From the NCBI GenBank assembly GCA_002309015.1, contig DBWM01000043.1, forward strand, positions 19,411 to 83,410: a stretch of DNA of 64,000 nt. The letters run 5' to 3'. Shown here one piece after another: positions 25,479-36,843 of this stretch. Position 1 is the stretch's first letter. The number at the start of each line of letters is the position of its first letter. The notes under the pieces are model-generated. The model saw only the letters and a program-made list of their open reading frames with translations, searched no databases and was not told the origin of the DNA. The DNA comes from Myxococcales bacterium UBA1238. Lineage in GTDB: Bacteria; Myxococcota_A; Bradymonadia; UBA7976; UBA1532. Made by a program: the position numbers and the translations under genes.

Positions 25479-26404
25479 AGCGCTGTCCCCACGGGCAAAA
25501 GCCCTGATTGCAGAAACTCTTTACCGGTCACCACGCGGCGGCCCGGGCGCTGCAGGCGGAGCAACGTGAGGCTGCCTTCTCCGCAGGCGACCCGCGGACC
25601 TTCGGGATCGTGGGCGATCACAACCCCCGGCGTATGCTGAGATTCTTCTTTGTTTACGCGAACCTGGTGGATTTTTAATGGGCCTTCGGGCTGATCGACG
25701 AAGCTTCCGGGCCAGGGGGAAACGCCGCGCACGAGATGATCAATTTTTTGAGCAGGCTGGTTAAAATCGATGCGGCCGAGGCTCTTTTGAAGCGGCGGAG
25801 CGGCCGTCGCCAGCGAAGGATCCTGCGGCGTAAACCGGAGCTCGCCCTTCTGCAATGCGTGGATGGCTTCTTCCATCAAATCTGCGCTGATGAGGCTCAG
25901 TCGCTCCTGAAGCTCGCCTGCGGTCTCTTCGGGCAAAATGGGTACGCGCCGCACAAGGCCCACGTCGCCTTCGTCCATGCCTTCGCTCATGCGCATGATC
26001 GAGATGCCGGTCTCGCTGTCGCCCGCGATGATCGACCATTGGATGGGCGCCGCGCCTCTCCAGCGGGGCAGCAGACTGGCGTGGCCGTTTAAACATCCAA
26101 AACGAGGTAACTCCAGATACCGCTTAGGTAAAATGCGTCCGTAAGCGACCACCACGCAGAGATCGGGTTCCAGGGCTTTGAGGGTGTTAAAACTCGTATT
26201 GTTTAAATGCGCCCATTGGTAGATCGGCGTGCCGTGGGCGGTGGCGCAGGCGGCTACGGGGGTTTGCTGCAGTTTTTGGCCGCGCCCTACGGGGCGATCG
26301 GGCTGGCTGACGACGGCGACGGGGGCGCAATCCATGCTGTAAAGGCGTTCGAGCGTGGGCACGGCGTAGGCGGGCGTACCCATAAAAATGACGCGAAGGC
26401 TCAT
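25475..26404 (-). CDS. fmt: Methionyl-tRNA formyltransferase
   Basis: 309 aa with VIFMGTP and HASLLPRWRGAAPI motifs, in the canonical def-fmt-rsmB arrangement. Confidence 0.9.
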   Translation of the reverse strand: MSLRVIFMGTPAYAVPTLERLYSMDCAPVAVVSQPDRPVGRGQKLQQTPVAACATAHGTPIYQWAHLNNTSFNTLKALEPDLCVVVAYGRILPKRYLELPRFGCLNGHASLLPRWRGAAPIQWSIIAGDSETGISIMRMSEGMDEGDVGLVRRVPILPEETAGELQERLSLISADLMEEAIHALQKGELRFTPQDPSLATAAPPLQKSLGRIDFNQPAQKIDHLVRGVSPWPGSFVDQPEGPLKIHQVRVNKEESQHTPGVVIAHDPEGPRVACGEGSLTLLRLQRPGRRVVTGKEFLQSGLLPVGTAL

Positions 26405-26910
26405 AGATCCTCGTTGGTTTTTGCAGGGTTAAGATCAAAATAGTTGTTCAGCAGCGCGCGCGCTTCAAGCGAACCCAACCGATCGAAATAGAGTCTGCCA
26501 TCTAAATGATCGCATTCATGGGCGATGCAGACGGCCAGAAGCTCATGGGCCAAAAGTGTTTGAGTATCGCCAAAAGGCGTTTGATATTCAACAGTTATGT
26601 TGTTAAAACGCGGCACTTTTGCGCGCACGCCGGGCAGAGAAAGGCAGCCTTCGGTCCATTCGATCTCTTCGTCCTGGGCCACAATGCGCGGATTGACCAG
26701 CGCAAGCGGCTCGCCCTGACGGATGTCGACGACGCAAAGCCTTTGCAGAATGCCCACCTGCGGCGCGGCCAGGCCTGCACCCTTTTGGGCGTACAGGGTT
26801 TCAAACAGATCATCGATCAGGGTTTTGAGCTCTGGGCCAAAATCGGTCACCGGCTTTGCAGTCTGACGCAAAAAGGGATCGGGCCAGGTGAGGACGTTCA
26901 AAATGGTCAT
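26401..26910 (-). CDS. def: Peptide deformylase
   Basis: 169 aa with GAGLAAPQVG, EGCLSLPG and HECDHLDG motifs. Confidence 0.9.
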   Translation of the reverse strand: MTILNVLTWPDPFLRQTAKPVTDFGPELKTLIDDLFETLYAQKGAGLAAPQVGILQRLCVVDIRQGEPLALVNPRIVAQDEEIEWTEGCLSLPGVRAKVPRFNNITVEYQTPFGDTQTLLAHELLAVCIAHECDHLDGRLYFDRLGSLEARALLNNYFDLNPAKTNEDL

Positions 26911-27009
26911 AGCTTGCTCTATAAAAACTTTTAAAATTGAATAGTTACGCTCTTGAACGGCCAGCGATCTTAGGGTGTGCGGGGCGATGAATCAATCCCT
27001 CCGCGACGC

Positions 27010-29385
27010 CTACAGAAAATCGTAGGGATCAATATCGAGAATCACATGCGGCTCGGAGCGCTGGAAGAGGGCCGGATCCATCGTCGAAAGCAGCTTGCGC
27101 AAAGCGGAGCGCTGGGGCGATGTGATGAGCATCATAAACCTTGTTTTTCCGCGCAAAAGACCGATGGGCGCCAGCGTTGGACCGCGCAGGATGATGGGAT
27201 CGGTGGAAGCGATGTGATTGCGCAGGCGCTTTGCGATCTCTTTGGCCAGCTTTTCTACGGCGTCGGACTGATGGCCTTCGATGCGTAAAACAGCGGCGTA
27301 AGAGGAGGGCGGATAGCCGCGTAACTGCCGCAATTGCAATTCATTTTGGGCAAACTGAGCGTAGTTTTGATCGCGGATCGCCTGAAGGCAGGGGTGATCG
27401 GGATTGTAAGTTTGTATGAACACGCGTCCAGGCAACTGACCGCGACCCGCTCGCCCCGCCACCTGGGTTAAAAGCTGGAAAGTCCGCTCGCTGGAACGGA
27501 AATCCGGAAACGAGAGGCTGATGTCGGCCGAGAGGACGCCCACCAGGGTGACGCGATGGAAATCATGCCCTTTGGTGACCATCTGCGTGCCGATGAGGAG
27601 GTCGATTTCGCCCTGATTCATGCGCCGGAGGATGTCTTCGAGATGGCGCGCCGTCTGTGCGGTGTCGCGGTCGAGCCTCGCGATGCGCGCGTTGGGCCAG
27701 AGCCAGCTGAGCGCTTCTTCGACCCGTTCGGTCCCCTGGCCGGGCATCTCAAAACCGGGATGTCCGCAGTGAGGGCAATGATCCGGGAGCGGGCGGCAGG
27801 CGTCGCAGTAATGGCATCGCAAAAGCTGGGATCTTTGGTGCCAGGTATATGAAATGGAACAGGAATTACATTCGAGTACCTGACCGCAGGAAGGGCAGAT
27901 CACGACGTTGCTGAAGCCACGGCGGTTTAAAAAGAGGATCGCCTGTTCGCCGCGCGCGAGGGTTTCGCTGATGGCATGGCGCAAGGGCAGAGAGAGGAGG
28001 GCGGCGCGATCCTGGGGCGGCTGATGGCAGCGGAGATCGATCATCTCGATGCGCGGGAGCCTGCCGCCGGTGGGGCGTTCGGTGAGAGAGATGCGCGTGA
28101 GCTTGCCGATCCTTGCGTTGTGGGCGCTCTCCAGTGAAGGCGTGGCGGAGCCTAAGATGACGACGGCGTTTTCGCGCTGTCCCCGGACCAATGCCATGTC
28201 GCGGCCCTGATAGCGCACGCCTTCGGCTTGTTTAAACGAGGGATCGTGCTCTTCGTCTACGATGATGAGGCCAAGATTGCGGAGCGGGGCAAAGATGCTC
28301 GAGCGCGCGCCGATGGCGACCTGGACGAGACCTTGCCTGCAACGGCGCCACTGGTCCAGACGTTCACCGGGTGTAAGTCCTGAATGTAGAACGGCAATCT
28401 GGTCACCGAGGCGGGCTCTGAAGCGCCTGACCAGCTGCGGTGTGAGGGCGATTTCGGGGACCAGGACGAGGGCGCTCTGACCTCGGGCGAGGGCCTTTTC
28501 GATGACATGCAGATAAACTTCGGTTTTGCCGGATCCCGTGACGCCGTGAAGCAAAAAACCGCAGTAACCCTGGGCTGAAGAGATTTGATCGACCGCTTTT
28601 TGCTGCGCTGCGTTCAGTTGCGGCGGGCGATCCCGCTCGATTTTGGCCGCAAAAAAAGGATTGCGCTCAATCTCTATCTCTTCTTCTGCGATGAGATGCT
28701 CTTCGAGCAGGCGCTTGATGTGAGGCGCGCAGTTCTTAAAAACTTGTTTGATTTCGGTGAGTTGCGAGACGCCATGCTCGATGAGCCACCGATGGATTTC
28801 ATCACATTTGAGCGGTCTTTTGCGCAAGGGCAAGGGGGCGATGGCGCGATAACTCAAAGCGGTTTTGGGCTCGACTTTGGTTTTGGTGATGTGACAGCGT
28901 TCGAGCCAGCCGCTCTCGATGGCGTGGGGTATCTCTTTGGCGTAAGGCTTCAGCGCTGTCAGAGCGATGGGTGAGCCTTCTTTGGGCCAGTTTTTGAGCC
29001 ATTCGGGCGCTGTGGGAGCGAGAGCCTGGGCGGTGCGCCGTACCGCTGGGATAAAGATGGGATCGTTGCCTGCCGGATGGGCTCCGCGCAGCACTTCACC
29101 GGGAGCTGCGCAGTAATAGTCCGCTAACCAGAGGCAAAAACTGAGGATTTGCGGCGTAAAGGTGGGCTCTGAATCGAGGATTCCGATGATGGGCTGAAGC
29201 GCGATTTGGCTTGGCGGCTCAGTATTTCGGCGCACCAGATAACCGGTCATCTTTCGCGGACCAAAGGGAACCAATACCCGCATCCCAGGCTGAGCCTGGG
29301 CATCGAGCGCTTCGGGAATGGCATAGTGAAAGCAGGTTCTTAAGGGAATCGGGAGCGCGATCTCTGCGGTCAATGGCGGGCTCAA
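27010..29385 (-). CDS. priA: Primosomal replication-restart helicase PriA
   Basis: 791 aa with Walker A HGVTGSGKTEVY, DEEHD and the Cys-rich zinc insert (CPSCG..CNSC..CHYCD..CPHCG). Confidence 0.9.
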   Translation of the reverse strand: MSPPLTAEIALPIPLRTCFHYAIPEALDAQAQPGMRVLVPFGPRKMTGYLVRRNTEPPSQIALQPIIGILDSEPTFTPQILSFCLWLADYYCAAPGEVLRGAHPAGNDPIFIPAVRRTAQALAPTAPEWLKNWPKEGSPIALTALKPYAKEIPHAIESGWLERCHITKTKVEPKTALSYRAIAPLPLRKRPLKCDEIHRWLIEHGVSQLTEIKQVFKNCAPHIKRLLEEHLIAEEEIEIERNPFFAAKIERDRPPQLNAAQQKAVDQISSAQGYCGFLLHGVTGSGKTEVYLHVIEKALARGQSALVLVPEIALTPQLVRRFRARLGDQIAVLHSGLTPGERLDQWRRCRQGLVQVAIGARSSIFAPLRNLGLIIVDEEHDPSFKQAEGVRYQGRDMALVRGQRENAVVILGSATPSLESAHNARIGKLTRISLTERPTGGRLPRIEMIDLRCHQPPQDRAALLSLPLRHAISETLARGEQAILFLNRRGFSNVVICPSCGQVLECNSCSISYTWHQRSQLLRCHYCDACRPLPDHCPHCGHPGFEMPGQGTERVEEALSWLWPNARIARLDRDTAQTARHLEDILRRMNQGEIDLLIGTQMVTKGHDFHRVTLVGVLSADISLSFPDFRSSERTFQLLTQVAGRAGRGQLPGRVFIQTYNPDHPCLQAIRDQNYAQFAQNELQLRQLRGYPPSSYAAVLRIEGHQSDAVEKLAKEIAKRLRNHIASTDPIILRGPTLAPIGLLRGKTRFMMLITSPQRSALRKLLSTMDPALFQRSEPHVILDIDPYDFL

Positions 29386-29644
29386 TTCGGGACTTCCCCC
29401 TTAAAAGCAAAATTTTGTCTGTCAGTGGTTCATTTTATGTAATAGCACTTGTCTTTTGGACAAAAAATTGAGAAATAAAAACAGATCGAATTGCTGAGTG
29501 GGCAATTGCCTGAAGGTTTCTTGAATCTTTGGCTGAAGCGGCTTTAAGATTCAGGGCCATGGAAGGTACAATACCCGAGTGAGATGTGAGCCGCCCGGCT
29601 CCATCGTTGTTTCTTGCTCAGATTCTCTTCAAAGGGTTCATGCG

Positions 29645-30826
29645 ATGTCGATGAAGATTCAGATTCCGGTCGCTGCCTTGGCCGATTCCCATGTAGCCAA
29701 CTGTCTGGCTCGTCTGATGGAAGCCCTGGGAAGCGCGAAGTTACAGGATGCTCAAAGGGATGTTTCCCAGGAAAAGCCATCTGTTGCGTCTTTGGTTCCT
29801 GCCATTCAAAAGGCTCCCGCTTCGATGCCCGCTGCAACGAAGGCTGAACCCGCTGTTGCGGCTCCGGTTGCAGCAAAAGCGCCTGCAGCTCCGGTTTCAA
29901 AGCCGGTTGTGACGACGGTTGCGCCTCCTGTGGCAGCGCCGGTTGCGGCTCCTGTGATTCCACATGTGAATCGCAGCAAGAATGTGCTCGAAATCGATGA
30001 TGTGAGCGAGCGCTATAAGCTCTTTTTGGAATCTTTGCCCGCGCGCTCCCGGCTCTTTTTGGATTTGGTTGAAAAGCGCGGCGTGCTCACCATCGACGAA
30101 GCGATGGAAGCGCTCGAGATGACGGTGGGCAAGGCGATGGGCGGTCTGACGGGATCCATTGCGCGCTGGGCGCCGGATTACGGGGTCTGCGTGCCGTTTG
30201 AAGCCATTAAAGATGACAACGGTCGCCGCGCCTGGCGCTGGGTGGGCATGGACGGCTCCGGAAGGGAGCAGCCCGTCGAAAAGCAAAAGATCGCGGCCGA
30301 AGCAAAGCCTGCAGCTGAGGCAAAGCCCGCAAAGGAAGCCGCAAAGAAGACTGCAGCCGAGAACGCTAAGGCCGAAAAAGCGGAATCCGCGGAATCTGCG
30401 GTGAAATCAGCCGCCGTGGTTCAGAAACCCGTTCGTGACGCAGAAGAAGAGCAGCGTTTCAATGCGTTGCTCGCGAGTCTCGAGTCTTCGGATGCGCGCA
30501 AGTTTTTGTCGCTGGTGCGCGAATACAGCCGTCAGGGCAAAAAACTGACGCAAAGCGAGCTTCTCGATGCCTGCGGTCTGAAGCGCGCTTCTTATTTGGG
30601 CGAGATCCTGCGTCCGGTGATGGATGCGCTGATCCGGGCGGGCATGAGCAGTCTGCTGAGGACGGGCATCGCCGAAGTGACGGGTCGCAACTGGGTTTGG
30701 GGGCCCGTTTACGACGAGGCGATCGCGGCTGCAGAAGCGGCGGATCCCTCTTTTAAGCCTGAAGAGGCGGTTGAAGATTTGCGGGCTCGCCCTTCGGTTC
30801 GCGTGCGCAAGCGTCAGGGTGAGTAA
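29645..30826 (+). CDS. Uncharacterised protein, paralog 1 of a tandem pair (two winged-helix-like modules plus Ala/Pro- and AKP-rich linkers)
   Basis: The likely start is ATG 29645 (MSMKIQIPVAAL); the track ORF starts at 29579. It shares three modules with the next ORF. I recognise no family. Confidence 0.6.
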   Translation: MSMKIQIPVAALADSHVANCLARLMEALGSAKLQDAQRDVSQEKPSVASLVPAIQKAPASMPAATKAEPAVAAPVAAKAPAAPVSKPVVTTVAPPVAAPVAAPVIPHVNRSKNVLEIDDVSERYKLFLESLPARSRLFLDLVEKRGVLTIDEAMEALEMTVGKAMGGLTGSIARWAPDYGVCVPFEAIKDDNGRRAWRWVGMDGSGREQPVEKQKIAAEAKPAAEAKPAKEAAKKTAAENAKAEKAESAESAVKSAAVVQKPVRDAEEEQRFNALLASLESSDARKFLSLVREYSRQGKKLTQSELLDACGLKRASYLGEILRPVMDALIRAGMSSLLRTGIAEVTGRNWVWGPVYDEAIAAAEAADPSFKPEEAVEDLRARPSVRVRKRQGE

Positions 30827-30889
30827 GCTCGCCCTCCATTCATCTCTTTCCTCGCTTCCTACCTGCAAGCTCTATAAGGAAACAGATAG

Positions 30890-31849
30890 ATGTCATTTAA
30901 ACTGGAGATAGAATTAGATCTGCTGAGAAATCAAGCAGTTGCGGAAGCTTTGGCTCAGTTTATGCGGGCATTGGGGACGCAGTCGCAGGCGGCGATGACG
31001 CGTCCTTCCATCCCGGGGGTGTCTATTGAGTTAGATATGACCGAGAGTGAGGCCGAGTTGGGGGCTCACGCGCAAGATACGAGCGAGCAGTGGACGCAAG
31101 CGGTTTCTTGTGGTGCTGAAAGCGCGCAGCCGGGCGAAAAGGACCCTGTTCCCCAGGCTGCAACGGTGGACGCATACGCGGTGAACGCCGGTGCACAGAC
31201 GGAAATGGGCCAGGAGTCCAACGCGGAGCCTCAAATGCCGTTGCCACCGCTTCCCCGTCGTTTGACGAGCCGCGAACGACATCAGCAACAGATTGAAGGT
31301 CTGGATTTGAAGGCGCGTTACCGCCTGTTTTTGGAGCAGTTGCCCGAAAAGGCGCGCGCTTTTCTCGATTTGGTGCGCCAAAAAGGCTCGGTGAGCATCG
31401 ATGAAGCGATGGAACAGCTGGGCGTGAAGGTGGGGAAGGCGATGGGCGGTTTGACAGGAGCCATCTCGCGCTGGGCGCCCGCGTTTCAGGTGAATATGCC
31501 GTATCAGGCCTGCTCGGTCGACGGTTTGCGGGTCTGGCGCTGGCTCGGCTCGCCGCTTGATAACGAGCTTGCGCTGGAGGATGCGGCCCAGGCGAAGCCT
31601 TTGCCCATGTCGATGCTTTTAGACGTCACCATCGAGCTGCCTGCGACTTCGCAAACTTTTTTAAAGCATCTCGAATCCGAAGGGCGCCTTTCAACCAAGG
31701 CGTTGTTGCGCCTCTTTAAGCTCAAGAGCGAGCAATCCTTAAAGGGGATCCTGGAGCCCATCGACCGCCTGGTGCAGGAGCACGCGCTGACGCAGCTCTA
31801 TAAAACCGAAGTCGGTACAAACGGAGAGGTGATCTACCTCTGGCCGTAA
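30890..31849 (+). CDS. Uncharacterised protein, paralog 2 of the tandem pair
   Basis: 319 aa. Its core ARYRLFLEQLPEKARAFLDLVRQKGSVSIDEAMEQLGVKVGKAMGGLTGAISRWAP is about 55-60% identical by eye to paralog 1. Confidence 0.6.
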   Translation: MSFKLEIELDLLRNQAVAEALAQFMRALGTQSQAAMTRPSIPGVSIELDMTESEAELGAHAQDTSEQWTQAVSCGAESAQPGEKDPVPQAATVDAYAVNAGAQTEMGQESNAEPQMPLPPLPRRLTSRERHQQQIEGLDLKARYRLFLEQLPEKARAFLDLVRQKGSVSIDEAMEQLGVKVGKAMGGLTGAISRWAPAFQVNMPYQACSVDGLRVWRWLGSPLDNELALEDAAQAKPLPMSMLLDVTIELPATSQTFLKHLESEGRLSTKALLRLFKLKSEQSLKGILEPIDRLVQEHALTQLYKTEVGTNGEVIYLWP

Positions 31850-32267
31850 TTTGAGCGCGCTTTCCGCTTTAAAACCCACCTCCATTTCGCCTTAAAGCCT
31901 CATTTCATCCATTCAGCACAGCGCCTTTCCTCATCGATGGGCGATCGCTCGTTTTTGGTGCGCTGTTTGGGCTCGCCATGATCGCATTTCATTCCTGAAA
32001 TCTGCCTTCCTGATTTCAAAATGGCACCCTCAAAACCTGTGATCGGCTTTCTTTGAATCTGGATCTACGATTTCAGATCCGTAATGTATCTTCGCAGCTT
32101 TTTGATCGGGTGATCGAATTCGAAATCGACAATCTTTGTATCGTGAAAGCGCGTAGATGAGTTGTAATGTATCTTCTTTTAAAAAAGATGCTGCGTTTCA
32201 GAATTGCAATGCAGTTTTGATGATTTGAGAAACAGCATTTCGACTGCGCAACATTGTCTGCCTATAC

Positions 32268-32308
32268 AAAAAAGGCGCATCGCCCGTTTGCAATGCGCCT
32301 TTTGTTTT
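32268..32308. terminator. Bidirectional intrinsic terminator downstream of parE
   Basis: AAAAAA-GGCGCAT-(12-nt loop CGCCCGTTTGCA)-ATGCGCC-TTTTGTTTT: a perfect 7-bp GC-rich stem, extendable by A:T pairs. It ends 18 nt from the parE stop. Confidence 0.6.
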
Positions 32309-32325
32309 AAAGGATCGCCGATCGA

Positions 32326-34238
32326 TCAGATGTCGAGCTCGTCGATTTCGCCTGCGGACTCCATCACGAAGTCGAAACGCGCCTTCGGATCTTTGCCCAT
32401 GAGCGTTGCAACGGTGTTTTCGGTGATCAACCGGTCTTCGTCGGCGATATGCACCTGGAGGAGGCGGCGGTTTTGGGGATCGAGGGTCGTTTTATAGAGC
32501 GTTTCGGGATTCATTTCGCCCAAACCCTTGAATCGCTGGATGTCGGCCTGCTTCCCTTTGTGCCTGGCGAGGATTCGATCGCGCTCGGCGTCATCTGCAG
32601 CCCAGAAGACTTCCTTTGCAATCTCTACGCGGTACAAGGGCGGCTGCGCGATGAAGACGTGACCTTCTTCGATGAGGCGTTTGAAATAGCGGTAGAAGAA
32701 TGTCATCAGGAGGGTCGAGATATGGTGGCCGTCGCTGTCTGCATCCATCAGGAAGATGATCTTATGGTAGCGCAGGTTGTCGAGATTGATGTCTTCACCG
32801 GTACCGCAGCCGAGCGCGGAGGCGATGTCATTTAATTCCTGGTTGGCGCTCACGCGACGGGCGCCGGCCTGCTCGGCGTTTAAGACCTTTCCACGGAGCG
32901 GAAGGATCGCCTGCGTCTGGCGATCGCGGCCTTGTTTGGCTGAGCCACCTGCGCTGTCGCCTTCGACGAGGAAAAGTTCGGACTCGGTGGGATCTGTGCT
33001 CGAGCAGTCGGCCAGTTTTCCGGGCAGGTTCAGCCGATGGCTGACGGGACTCTTGCGCCTCACCGCTGCGGCGGCGGCCCGGCTCGCCTGACGGGCGCGG
33101 CATGCCTGAATGATGCGCGCTACGATCGATTGCGCCTGGGTCTGGTTCTGATTGAGCCATTGTTCCAGAGCGGGGCGGACGGCGCTTTGAACCTGGGTGC
33201 GCGCTTCAGGGTTGTTGAGCTTGTCTTTGGTCTGACCCTGGAACTGTGGATCGCGGATGAAGAGGTTTAAGACGGCCGTGAGACCTTCGCGAATGTCTTC
33301 GGGGGTAAAGTTGATGCCGCGGGGCGCGAGTTCATGTTCGTCGATGTAGTCTTTGACGGCGCGCTGAATCGCATCCTTTAAGCCCGCTTCGTGGGTGCCG
33401 CCGTCAGCGGTGGGGATCCCGTTGACGAAGCTCTTGATGACGGTGTCGGTGGACTCCGTCCAGCACATCGCGACCTCTAAACGCAAATCTTCGTCCTCTT
33501 TTTTGAATTCAAAGAGGTGATCCATGATCGCGCGGCGCTGTCGCGATTCGAGATAGTTCTTTAAAAACTCCGAGATCCCGCCTTCGTGATGGAATTCGTG
33601 AGTTTCTTTGTTGCCGGTCAGGTCGTTGAAAGTGATCCAGAGGCCTGCGTGAAGGTAGGTTTTGACTTCGAGGCGCTGCGCGATGAGCTGTGCGTCGAAT
33701 TCGGTGTCGGGAAAGATTTCGGCGTCGGGTTTAAATTCGATGTAGGTGCCCGTTCCGCGCGCGGCGCCCACTTCGCTGACGGAGGTGAGGGGCTTTCCCT
33801 TGCTGTAACGCTGCTCGTAGAGTTTGCCCTGCCTCTTGACGCGCACCAAAAGATGGGAGCTCAGCGCGTTGACCACGCTCGCACCCACGCCGTGAAGGCC
33901 GCCGGCGGTGCGATAGGCGTTCTGATCGAATTTTCCGCCCGCATGGAGCTGCGTGAAGATCACTTCGAGGGTGCTTCGATGCAGGTGATCCTTGGGATGG
34001 ATCTCTACAGGGATGCCGCGGCCGTTGTCTTCAACCGAAATGGTCTGTCCGTCGGCCTGAAGGGTGACCACGATCTTTGAGGCGTAGCCGTTGATCGCTT
34101 CATCTACGGAGTTGTCGACGATTTCCCAGATTAAGTGATGCAGCCCCGTCTTTCCCACGCCGCCGATATACATGCCCGGACGTTTGCGAACGGGTTCCAG
34201 GCCTTCGAGAATGGTGATTTCAGATGCGCCGTATTCGC

Positions 34239-34242
<4 letters not shown>
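32326..34242 (-). CDS. parE: Type IIA topoisomerase subunit B (topoisomerase IV ParE-like)
   Basis: 638 aa with [18 protein letters not shown], the Toprim [17 protein letters not shown] segment and PLRGKVLN. It lacks the ~170-aa insert of proteobacterial GyrB and overlaps the A subunit by 4 nt. Confidence 0.75.
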
Positions 34243-36605
<2,363 letters not shown>

Positions 36606-36843
36606 AGAAAAGCGGGCCGCTTACCACAAACGGGCGGCGAACGCCAAGCTGAACAGAGCCGATATGCGGGAGAATCCGGCAGCGATGGGACAAAAATGGA
36701 ATATTTTGTTTGTGAATCAGCGCGTTCAATGATTCATTGTGCATGTCGATTGCAACTTGGGGCGAGGATGCAGAAAATGCTGTTATCTTGCGCGCAGCTG
36801 TGGTCGGAGCGTGTGCGTTTTAGTTGTTGGGAGCTCAACGTCA

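Noticed and set aside
32081-32176. A possible dif (XerC/D) site: GTAATGTAT resembles the CATAATGTATA core of E. coli dif and lies next to the topoisomerase IV genes
   Set aside because: The flanking arms do not match. There is no TTATGTTAAAT-like XerD arm and no dyad symmetry around a 6-bp spacer. The motif also occurs twice as a direct repeat, which dif does not.
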